From Chiloscyllium plagiosum (Eukaryota), in NCBI RefSeq assembly GCF_004010195.1, contig NC_057750.1, forward strand, positions 3,220,761 to 3,284,760: DNA of 64,000 nucleotides, given 5' to 3'. The translations under genes and the position numbers were made by a program. The notes under the pieces were generated by a model. The model was not told the origin of the DNA. It saw only the letters and a program-made list of their open reading frames with translations, and did not search any database. This document shows positions 27,101-39,100 of this stretch, piece after piece; position 1 is the stretch's first letter; the number at the start of each line of letters is the position of its first letter.

Positions 27101-30100
27101 GCCACAGACTGCACTTGGCCTATTTACTGACTGCCACCAGACTGTGCTGGGCCTATTTACTGACTGCCACCAGTCCACGCTGGGCCTATTTACTGACTGC
27201 CACCAGACTGCCCTGGGTCTATTTACTGACCCCCACCAGTCCACGCTGGGCCTATTTACTGACTGCTACCAGACTCCGCTGGGCCTATTTACTGACTGCC
27301 ACCAGACTGCCCTGGGTCTATTTACTGACTGCCATCAGACTGCCCTGGGCCTATTTACTGACTGCCACCAGTCCACGCTGGGCCTATTTACTGACCGCCA
27401 CCAGTCCGGTCTGGGCCTATTTACTGACTGCCACCAGACTGCACTGGGTCTATTTACTGGCTGCCATGCGCCCGCACTGGGCCTATTTACTGACCGCCAT
27501 CAGACGGCACTGGGTCTATTTACTGACTGCCACCAGACTGCGCTGGGCCTATGTACTGACCCCCACCAGTCCACGCTGGGCCTATTTACTGACTGCTACC
27601 AGACTCCGCTGGGTCTATTTACTGACTGCCACCAGACTGCGCTGGGCCTATTTAATGACTGCCACCAGACTATGCTGGGCCTATGTACTCACTCCCACCA
27701 GTCCACGCTGGGCCTATTTACTGACTGCTACCAGACTCCGCTGGGTCTATTTACTGACTGCCACCAGTCCACGCTGGGCCTATTTACTGACTGCCACCAG
27801 TCTGCCCTGGGTCTATTTACTGACTGCCGTCAGACTGCACTGGGCCTATTTACTGACTGCCACCAGACTGCGCTGGGCCTATTTAATGATTGCCACCAGA
27901 CTGTGCTGGGCCTATGTACTGACCCCCACCAGTCCACGCTGGGCCTATTTACTGACTGCCACCAGACTGCCCTGGGTCTATTTACTGACTGCCATGCACC
28001 CGCACTAGATCTATTTACTGACTGCCACCAGTTCGCGCTGGGTCTATTTACTGACCGCTACCAGACTGCACTGGACCTGTTTATTGACCGCTACCAGACT
28101 GCCCTGGGTCTATTTAATGACTGCCACCAGTCCACTCTGGGTCTATTTACTGATTGCCACCAGACTGCCCTGGGTCTATTTACTGGCTGCCACCAGACTG
28201 CGCTGGGTCTATTTACTGACCGCCATTAGTCTGCGCTGGGTCTATTTACTGACCGCCATTAGTCTGCGCTGGGTCTATTTACTGACCGCCACTAGTCTGC
28301 GCTGGGTCTATTTACTGCCGCTGCTGCCAATGCCGACGCCGCCAGTTCCCAAGCTCTTCAAGCAAGTAAAGTAAAAGAAAGAAAACAAGAAAAAAGAAAA
28401 ACAAAAGCAGACAGAGCGGACAAGCCCTAGGCTCAGAAACCCTACGCCACTGTCTTTTCACCAGAAGATTGCACACTGCCAACTCCCACAAACAGCCATG
28501 TGATAATGACCAGATGAACTGGTGGTATTCGTTGAGCAATAAATATTGGACATGACACAAGACAGAACTTCCTTCTCTTCTGCAAAATAGTGGAGTGGCC
28601 AGAGGATATTTTACATTCATCCAAAAGGCCAATCAGGGATAAATGATAGGTCCTGTGACACTGCAGCTCTCCATCAATATTGGACTGAAGACCCAACCCA
28701 AAGTGATGTGCGAGTGAAGAATCATTGCATCATAAAAGTTATTATTCAAAGTATTTTCAGACATTGCACTGAAACAAGGAGAACATAAATCAAAGTATTT
28801 TCAACACCAAATCCTTCAAAATAGTCTCTTTAAACTGAGTTGCAGCTAAGTCAGCTCCTTAAGTCACAAGGTTTGTGGGTTCAAGTCTTACTCTAGGATC
28901 TCAGCAACTGACAATGATACTCAATTGTGGCTGTCTTCCCCTAGTTAAACTCCCCCAATCAGAGACTGGGCTTTGTAGCTTGCTCATATACAAGAAAAAG
29001 GTACAAGTTACTCACGGATCATTGTGTCCAGCTTTGTCAGACAGCAAATGAATGTCACATAACTGAAGGTCAGATCAGGGTCTGTGTACCTCAGTCCGAT
29101 CAGCTGCATCAAGAACTCATCCACCTGGAATCCTAGGGGTAAAGTTATTCATTCATTTGACGAATGCAAAATCCCAAATCCACCAATATCCTCCCCATTT
29201 GCAGAGTCTAATCAGCCCACCTCTTCAGCAGTAGAGACGATTCTTCTCAGAAATGCTGTCGCTCCACAAGAGCACAGAGCTTCATACAGAGACGCTGCTG
29301 CATAGGGCCCCTGGCTTCGCCTGATATTATTTAGCAAGGATCACTCTCGCTGCCATTCAACAGATAGGGTTTGTCAGAAGGAACGTTTTAGTGGCTAACT
29401 ATGTTTTATCCAAAAAGGGAGAAATAATTAAACCAGGAGACAAGGCATTGGCCAAAGTATTATTAAAGTAGGTCAGATCATGCTGAATTACCCAGAGGTT
29501 TAAAAGCTTGATGGACGAGAACTCAACTCAGTGGATTGCAGCAGGCCTCCAAATTCCTCTGACATTCATCTCCCACTGGGGATTGCTTGTAGATACGACA
29601 GCTAAGAATTTATCTCACATGAGGGATGCAGGGTTTTTGATCAAGAACAAACTTGTCCCCCTCATTCCTCGAATCAGCCTGTCACACCAGCATACTGGTT
29701 AATTCATTCCCTGTTTGGTACTCCGAGTATGGTAAAGAATTCATTGGTAAGTAAATGGCCAATTGTCGAGGAGTAAGTTAACAACTGAGCTGTAGTGCTG
29801 TTCCCTACCACCAGCATCAAGCCTCCTCCTGGTCACTTATTGTTTTGCAGGGCTGAAGTTAGCTCTATAACCCCACCTGCTGCTTGCAAGGCGCTGAACA
29901 TTTCCTGGCTGTTCATGGTCCCTGATCCATCCTTATCGAACTGATTGAAGACTCGCTGAAGAAAATGAAGTGAAAAAGATTATTTGCTGCAAAACTGGTC
30001 AACTTTATATCACAATTTGTTTGAATGATAAAATTGGTTAGTAGTGTTTCTTTCAGAATTTGCATCAATTATTATACTTTTCTGCATTTTGCAAATGATT

Positions 30101-33100
30101 ACAATATTATGGGTGGCACAGCCACTCAGTGGTTAGCATTGCTACCTCGCAGCACCAGGGTCCTGTGTTCAATTCCCGCCTCAGTTGACTGTCTGTGTGG
30201 AGTTTGCACATTTTCCCCATGTCTGCGTAGGTTTCCTCCCACAATCCAAAGATGTGCAGGTCAGGTGAATTGGCCATGCTAAATTACCAGTAGTGTTAGG
30301 CGCATTAGTCAGGGGTAAATCTAGGGTAGGGGAATAGGTCTGGGTGGGTTACTCTTCAGAGGGTCAGTGTGGACTTGTTAGGTTAAATGGCCTGTTTCCA
30401 TACTGCAGGGAATCTAATCTAATTAAAACACAACTTGACACAAGGTGGTGGCTGATGAACTGATGATCAGTCACTATCATACTGTAATATTTATGTTGGC
30501 TCTCATATGGAAGGATGAGGTGTAGGTCACATCGTATTGAAGAACTCAGTGAACTTTTATTACAGCACCTGGTATCTACATATGTACAGGACAAACACAG
30601 GTATGTCTGAGCTCAAGTTAAGCAATTCTGATTAACCATGGCACAATTCCCTCAGCTTGTCATGTTGCAAAAAGAATTTAAAATCACAATTTAGACATCA
30701 GGCAGCTTAGCACCTTCTAAATTGTGTATTATGATTACTTTCCTTCTGTAGAGTAAACAGGAAGAAACTATTAAAAATTTTTATAAGGCATTTTAATATT
30801 TTTAAACACCTTTTAAATTCCGTGGTATCCTTCACTGCTCCAAGTAGGACAACTTCAGAACAATACAGACCAGATTTGGTCTCCTCCCCCGCAGTACACA
30901 GCTCGAGTGTTGCTGGCGACCAGTCCCAGTACTTCCACCTGGTTTCACTGGTGTTCATGTGTACAGACATTAAACTCTGCTCTGCCAAAGCACAAAGTAA
31001 AACGTTCTTTCCCAATACTCACCGTCCATTGGCAGATTTTACTCCAGAGATTACTGAATTCTGTGAATCCCATTTTTCCAAATCCATGTCTCTTGAGTTT
31101 ATTCCAAGTTAAGGAATTATTAAATAAATAGAATTAAATTACAAATCAAAAGGTTTGATCACTAGAATTGATAATAAATGTCTGTGTTCAATCAATATAC
31201 AATGAAGTTTGTATATTTTTGTTTTCTTAAAGTGCTGTTTGCTTTCTCTCTGTCTCACATGTGTTTATATCTCATCCATTCTCTTGGGGGACAGAATCCC
31301 AGATCTCAGACCCCTGCACCTCTACAGCTGGCCCACTAAGGGCCATCTCTCATCACTGTTAATTTCCCATGAACTACATGGAATTCACTGATGGCAGCAG
31401 AACTACAGACATTACTGAGGAAATTCAGGCTATCAGCCTAAGAAAGTTCCTTTGTGTTCTCAGCCGAAGGTCAGGAAATTCTTCTAAAAAGTTTTGAATG
31501 CCAAAGATTTTATTCTGGATAATATATATAATAAAAACAAAACAAAAGCAGCTCACAAAAATACACACAGGATGTTGCAGTACAGGAACAGGATGCCAAA
31601 TTAAGTGGGTAACCATGTCTGCCTCAGTAAATGTCTGTCTCTAGTTACAAGTCCAAACAGCTCAGTTTAAATTCCAACCTTGTCACATGAGCAAGTGTGG
31701 AGGTGAGAACATCCTATTACTTGAAAGCTCCAGGTCATGTAGCCATAAATGTCTCCTGACATCTCAAGCTGTAATAATCCATCTGGATAATTACACAATT
31801 AAAACAGCCTTGTCACCATACTCAGAGTTAGCTCTGTAGGGACATGTTTTTTTTCTCTCTCTCCCTCTCATTTAGAGTCTGAACTTGCTTGATATGCACA
31901 CCTGCTCTGTGCTCCTGTCTTCCTTTGTACTGTTGAAAGTCTTGTACCCAAAAAAAAAATAGGTTTTGCATGTTTGTTCAGACATTAGAATTGGCTGGAG
32001 TTGTGAAAACAAATTAAGTCAACTAGCATTTCGTGCCTGCTGCTGGCTTCTGTTTAGCGCCCCTGTCTGGTAAATGTCTGTGTGGATATGATCAATGTCA
32101 GTTGTAGTCATGAGTGAATTGCAGCAAACACCCAGCCTAGTTACAGTGACCATGCCACTATCAGCATTAATATGTGTGAGTGAAATATCAAGCTTCACTC
32201 CAAGGAATGGCCCCTAAAGCTCCTCCTGAGAGATCAAATCTGAGGCTGAAGAAGAGAAACTAGAAAAGCAACAGTGCAGACAAAAGAATTAACCACCGAC
32301 AACTGACGTCATCATTTGCAAGTAACGAATCGGTGTGACACAGAGATAAGGGGGACCTTTTTACTCACAGAGGGTCATGAGTCTTTGGAACTCTCTGCCT
32401 CCAAACAGGGGAAGTAGACTCTGAATACTTCCTAAGGCAAAAATTGATTCATTTTTGATAAGCAAATGGAAAGTGAGGGGGTGAAAGGTTATCGAGGATA
32501 GGCTGGAAGATGGAGTAATCAGATAAGCAATGATTGTATTGAAAGGCAGAGCGGGCTTGAGGGACTGAATGGCCCACTCCTGCTCCTAACTTACACATTC
32601 ACATGGCCCTACACTCTACAGCAGGATACATCTGTCAGCGAAATGAGGCTCTTGCAGGCATCCAGACCAAACCCATCCCATTTTTCGTTAAGACCTAGAA
32701 TGAGAAATTATCAAAAAATTTTATTCATATAGCATCTTTAACATTATAAAACATTCCAAGTTGCTTCACAAGAGTATTGTAAAACTAAGTTTGACATTGA
32801 GCTACATAAGGAGATATTTAGGAAAGTGACAGGGGTTGGTATTAAAGACCGTCTTAAACAAAGAGAGAGGTGTAGGTATTAAGGGAGGAAATTCCTAAGC
32901 TGGTAAAGGGAGATCCAGATTTCTATGATAGAAAACACATCTTCAGACAGACTAACATCAACCTGAATTTTAAGCTTATGTTCCCCTGTTCTGAACCCGC
33001 TCTCAGAGGAAATAAACTAGGCAGAGAGAAACGGACAGCTCTTTAAAGGATCTTGAATATCTCAATTAGATTGCCTTCTAATATTCTTAGGAATTAGGTC

Positions 33101-36100
33101 CAGTCTATGCAAACAGACCCAGGACTTCTGTCTTGCAATGTTAGTGTCCCTACCTCCGAGCCAGGAGACATGGGTTCAAGTCTGACCTGCTCCAGGAGAT
33201 GTGTAATATCGTTTCTGAACAGGTTGATTAGAAAATATCTGAGCAAATGGTCCTTGACATCTAACTCTTTCAGTGCCTCACAATCATGGTGGAATCTGGG
33301 AGGTGGACTGTCGGAATTATTTTAAAAATGCATTCTAAGAATGAGAATGTGTTTACCGGATTTCTGTAGGATTTCTATCAGTAGTTTCTGTAGCTCCAAT
33401 GCTGAAATAGCTTCATCCTGCAAGAACAATCAGCTCTCAGTGGGACAAAACTGGTCAAACTAGCCCACCTCCCAGTCTCAATATTAGGAGGGAACACAAA
33501 TAGCAGAATAGTGCATTTTGTTTTACTTATATCACTTCTGAAGGTGGTCAAATCAGTGTGTGCAGAGTTCTGAAGGTTTCATGACACCATTTCCATTTCC
33601 ACAACTGCCCCAGCAAACCGAATGGCCTCCTTGGGAAAGAAATATGTGCGATGCCCCAACCAACTGATTAACCTGTGATCATAAGTATCCCAGAAAGAGG
33701 TCGACATCCTTGTGAGAGAACACAAGGAAACTGGAGGGAGGAATAAATACAAGCTCACCGGTCCACACATCCTGTCAAACAGTTCCTTGGATTCTCCAGC
33801 AGAGGGAAGTGGGCAGGGTGCAAGGTTTGGTAGACACTGAAGATAAAACGTGAGCAAAGTCAGTAATTACAGCTCTACTCAAAATATGCATTTTCATCAG
33901 GTCCCATTCACTAAAAGACAGAATTTGTTTGGATTACTACCAGTTTATTGTAAGAGATCAGTTAAGTCAAAGATACTGGATAAACAGTGCCTACTTATTC
34001 TACTTATAGAATCAGAGCATTTTACAGCATGAAAAGAGGCTCGTTGGCCCATCGTGTCATCAAATATCTATCAATTCTTGTCCCATTTTCCAGTACTTGG
34101 CCTGTAGCCATGTATGCTACGGCATTTCTCAGCTCTTATCTTGAACTATCTCTTGAACTATCAAGAGATGGCTGATGGTTAATAACTATCGTAACCATAG
34201 ACAAGCCACAATGTGCACCTTCTGTGCTGTAAGATGCACTGCAGCAACTTGCCAAGCCTCCTTCAACAGTACTTTCCATTCCCTTTACTTGTACCACCTG
34301 GGAGGTTGAGCACAGGGAACACTATCACCTGTAAGTTCCTCTCCGAATCTAGCAGACCATCCTTCATGATCACTGGGTCAAAATTCTAAGATTCCCTCCC
34401 TAACAGCACTGTATACCTAGACCACACAGACTGCAACCGTTGAAGAAAACTGCTCACTACCACCTCTGGTAATGTTGGACAATATACACATGTACATGCA
34501 ACCATGCACACAGAGACACACACACACACAGACTCATGTCTGTACTTGCCTGAGGATTCTCCATGGGTAAGGTGTTTCTCTCTGCAGGCCTGGAAGACAG
34601 ACGCATTAATTAAACTAGGTACCTGAGAATAATGTGGGCACACTTCACTTCACTGCCTATAGATCAGAGTTTCAAAGATACATGTTCCATGATACATGGC
34701 AGGTACTTTACCAAATAATTTGCCATGTTCATTATCTCTGCTTTCAATGGATTCCCACCCTGCACTGGTAACACTCTGTGTATTATCTGCCTTGATCTGT
34801 TTGAGTGAGTTAGTCATGTTGGTGTCTGGTGGCCCCATCAGCAATGAGAGGCTGCTTTAATAAATAGAGCAGGATCTGACTGATAGGGGACTGAGGAAGG
34901 ACTTTATTTTTGCTAAACTAAAATCTGGTAAAGAGTTGCCCAGCATTTGGGCCTTTAATATGATTCTGCATGACCCATTAACTCAGCCTAACCATCTTCC
35001 TGACCGAATCTCCTGTGAGAGGTACAGCAATAAAAGCAAAAGAGAAAGCATCCAATGTGGCGAAGGGAAGTGGGAAATCAGAGTATTGGGAAGCTTACAA
35101 AGACTAACGGAGGGCAACAAAAAGAGAAATAAGAAGGGAGAAGATTAAATAGGAGGGTAAGATGGCCAGTAATATAAAAGAAGACTGCAGGAGTTTCTTT
35201 AGATATATAGAGGGCAAAAGTGGACACTGGGCCGCTGGAAAATGACGCTGGAGAGATAGTAATGGGAACAAGGAAATGGCTGAGGAACTAAATAATTGCT
35301 TTGCGTCAGTCTTCACAGTGAAAGACATGAGTAATATCCCAAAAATTCAAGAGAGTGAGGTGGCAGAGCTGAATACAGTGGCCATCAACAAGGAGGTGCT
35401 AGAAAAACTTACTGGATTGAAGGTGGATAAATCATATGGACCAGATGGACTACACCCCAGAGTTCTAAGGGAGATAGCTGAAGAGATAGCAGAGGTGTTA
35501 GTGGTGATACATAGAGCATAGAACAGTACAGCACAGTACAGGCCCTTCAGCCCTCTAAGTTGTACTGACCTATTATCCTACTCTAAGATCATACTAACCT
35601 ACATACCTTTAATTTTACTATCATCCACATTCCTATCCAAGAGTTGCTTAAATGTTCCTAATGTATCTGACTCTACTACCACTGCTGGCAGTGCATTCCA
35701 CGCACACACCACTCTGAGTAAAGAACCTATCCTCTGACATCTCCCCTAAACCTCTTAAAAGTGTGTCCCCTCATGATAGCCATTTCCGCCCTGGGCAAAA
35801 GTTTCAACATCATGTACATTTCCATCAAGTCACCTCTCATCCTTCTTCACTCCAATGAGAAAAGCCCTAGCTCCCTCAACCTTTTTTTTCATAAGACATG
35901 CCCTCCAGTCCAGGCAACATCCTATTAAATCTCCTCTGCATCTCTCTGAAGCTTCCACATCTTTCCTATATTGAGGCGACCAGAATTGAACACAATATTC
36001 CAACTGTGATCTAACCAGGGCTTTATAGAGCTGCAGCACAACCTAGCAACTGTTAAACTCAATCCTCTGTTAATGAAAGCCAACACACTATATGCCTTCT

Positions 36101-39100
36101 TAACAACCTTATCAACTTACAGGATCTTTCAAGAATCACTAGAATCAGGGAGGGTCCCAGAGAACTGGAAAATCGCTAACATGGCACCCCTGTTTTAAAA
36201 GGGAGTAACACAAAAGATGGAAAATTACAGACCGATTAGCCTAACCTTGGTCATTGTTAAGATCCTGGAATCCATTGTGAAGGATGAGATCTCCAAATAC
36301 TTGGAAGCATATAGTAAAATAGGGCAAAGTCAGCATGGTTTCATCAAGGGGAGGTCATACCTGACAAATTTGCGAGAATTCTTTGAGGAAATAACAAGTA
36401 GGTTAGACCAAGGAGAGTCAATGGATGTTATCTACCTGGATTTCAAGAAGGTCTTGGACAAGGTGTCGCACAGGAGGCTGTTGAGTTAGATAAGGGCCCA
36501 TGGTGTCAGAGGCAAAGTGCTAGCATGGATAGACGTTGGGCTGTCTGACAGAAAGTAGAGTGTGGGGATAAAAAGATCCTTCTCAGGATGGCAGCCGATG
36601 GCAAGTGGTGTTCAGCAAGGCTCAGTGTTGGGACCACAACTTTTTACTTTATACATTAACGATCGAGATGAAGGAACTGAGGGCACTCTGGCTACATTTG
36701 CAGATGATATAAAGATGGGTCGAGGGACAGGTAGCACTGAGGAGGCGGGGAGGTTGCAGAAGGATTTGGACACGTGAAGACAGTGGGCAGAGAAGTGGCA
36801 GATGGAGTATAACATGGGAAAGTGTGAGGTCCTGCACTTCATTCGGAAGAATAGAGGCATGGACTATTTTCTAAATGGGGAGAAAATTCACAAGTCTGAA
36901 GCACAAAGAAACTTGGGAGTTCTAGTCCAGGATTCTCTCAAAGTAAACTTGTCGGTTGAGTCAGTCGTTAAGAAGGCAAGTGCAAGGATGGCATTTAGTT
37001 TGAGAGGATTAGATTAGATTAGATTAGATTACTTACAGTGTGGAAACAGGCCCTTCGGCCCAACAAGTCCACACCGACCCGCCGAAGCGCAACCCACCCA
37101 TACCCCTACCCCTACATTTACCCCTTTAACCTAACACTATGGGCAATTTAGCATGGCCAATTCACCTGACCCGCACATCTTTGTGACTGTGGGAGGAAAC
37201 CGGAGCACCCGGAGGAAACCCACGCAGACACGGGGAGAATGTGCAAACTCCACACAGTCAGTCGCCTGAGGCGGGAATTGAACCCGGGTCTCTGGCGCTG
37301 TGAGGCAGCAGTGCTAACCACTGTGCCACCGTGCCGCCCGATTTTAATATAAAAACAGTCATGTGCTTCTGAGGCTCTGTAAGGCTCTGGTCAGACCACA
37401 TTTGGAGTATTATGCACAGCTTTGGGCCCCATATCTCAGGAAGATGTACTGGCCCTGGAGCGTGTTCAGAGGAGGTTCACGAGAATGGTCCCAGGAATGA
37501 AAAGCTTAATGTAGAAGGAATGTTTGAGGGCTCTGGGTTTAGACTCGACAGAGTTTAGAAGGAACGGAGGAGGGGGGGAATCTAACTGAAAATACAGGAT
37601 ACTGAATGGTCTGGACAGAGTGGGTGTTGGGAAGATGTTTACATTGGTAGGAGAGACAAGAACCCAAGGACATTGCCTTAGAGTAAAGGGAAGACCTTTT
37701 AGAATGGAGATAAGGAGAAACATCTTCAGCCAGAGGATGGGGAATCTATGGAATTCAATGCCACAGAAGGCTGTGGAAGCCGGGTCACTGAGTATATTTA
37801 AGATGTAAGTCGATAGGTTCTTGAGTATCAAGAGAAACAAGGGTTATAAGGAGAAAGTGGGAGAATGGGGTATCAGCCATGATTGAATAGCCTAACTTTA
37901 TTAGATTCCCTTTAGCGTGGAAACAGGCCATTTTGGCCCAACAAGTCCACACTGTCCCTCCGAAGAGTAACCCACCCAGACCTATTCCCCTGCCCTATAT
38001 TTATTCCAAACTAATGCACCTAAAATTATGGACAATTTAGCATGACCAATTCACCTGACCTGCAAATCTTTGTATTGTGGGAGGAAACTGGAGGACCCGG
38101 AGGAAACCCACACAAACACGGGGAGAATGTGCAAACTGCAACAGATAGTTACCCAAGGCAGGAATCGAGCCCGGTTCCCTGGCGCAATGAGGCAACAGTG
38201 CTAACCACTGAGCCACGTGTCACCCTGTAATTTCTGCTCCTATGTCTTATGGTCTAATAAACAACATCTCAGAGGCTAAATCTCAGGTTCCTCGATGTCA
38301 TGGCAGTAAAACCACCATCTCTGATCTAAACAGAAGCCAGTGTCCCAGGTTAAATCCCTGCTCAGCACTAAGTGAGTAACCAAGGGCAGCTACAAATGGC
38401 CTCAGCAGCCCTGAATTTGACTGCACGAGGAAACCAGGCAGAATTTCTTCCACAGCTCAGCTGGAGAGACACCACACAGGTATAACACACAGAGATTCAC
38501 CACACTCAAACTGCTACCACTAACCATCAGAGTGAATTTGAGACTTTTAGCCGCTGGAGCACAGCTGCTCTTTTGTGATGGAGTCGATGATTACAAGAGG
38601 GGGAGGAAATTGTTGAGAGAAAGCTAGTTTTTGGACTTGGTCCCTGAAATGGCCTTTTCCCAAAATGTTAACTCAGAGACCTAGGATGTCTTGTGGTGCA
38701 GTGGTCTTTGCCTCTGGGCCAGATGCACAGGTTCAAGTCCTGCACTCAGGATCTGATGTCTATAGAAGATGTCACAGGTCAACTGTCAATCTGCAGATTC
38801 TCCCAGTGTGCTTACATAGGCAGGATGAGCTGGAGAATCTCCTACTCAGCAACTGTATACTAAAGGACTCTATATGCAGGTTCATACAGCAAGCAAACGT
38901 CATCCTCACTTCAACCAAACATCCTCCCTTGGTGAAAGAGATTGACCTCCCAAAGAAAGATGCCCCAGTCTGAAGATGTGCAGGTTAGAGTGGATTGGCC
39001 ATGCTAAGTTGCTCCATAGTGTCCAGGGACATGTAAGTTAGGGTGAACTGGCCATGCTTAATTGTCCAGTGTCCAAGGATGTAGAGGTTAGGGAGAATTG

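Larger units (their letters stand above)
22221..28467 (-). mobile_element. Composite non-autonomous element: unique head + 33-bp VNTR + LINE-like tail
   Basis: Splits an older repeat whose halves rejoin across the block; minus-strand 3' end cacgtgacaataaataaatc. Confidence 0.65.

Noticed and set aside
22788..28317. Long ORFs (up to 475 aa) of [11 protein letters not shown] / [11 protein letters not shown] / [11 protein letters not shown] repeats as a repeat-protein gene
   Set aside because: A 33-bp unit stays open in several frames automatically; sporadic stops and frameshifts occur, substitutions follow CpG decay, and no splice or start context is evident
22788..28317. CRISPR-like repeat-spacer array
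   Set aside because: The variable halves are point variants of one sequence, not unique spacers; eukaryotic context with no cas genes
37280..37339. tRNA genes at SINE heads (also 9600-9665, 17317-17390, 30110-30185)
   Set aside because: A and B boxes are followed by SINE core and tail sequence; these are tRNA-derived SINEs, not tRNAs
38811..38855. Alternative candidate for the calpain linker exon (gtaag donor at about 38815)
   Set aside because: Available acceptors give a stop codon or the wrong phase, and the region looks SINE-derived
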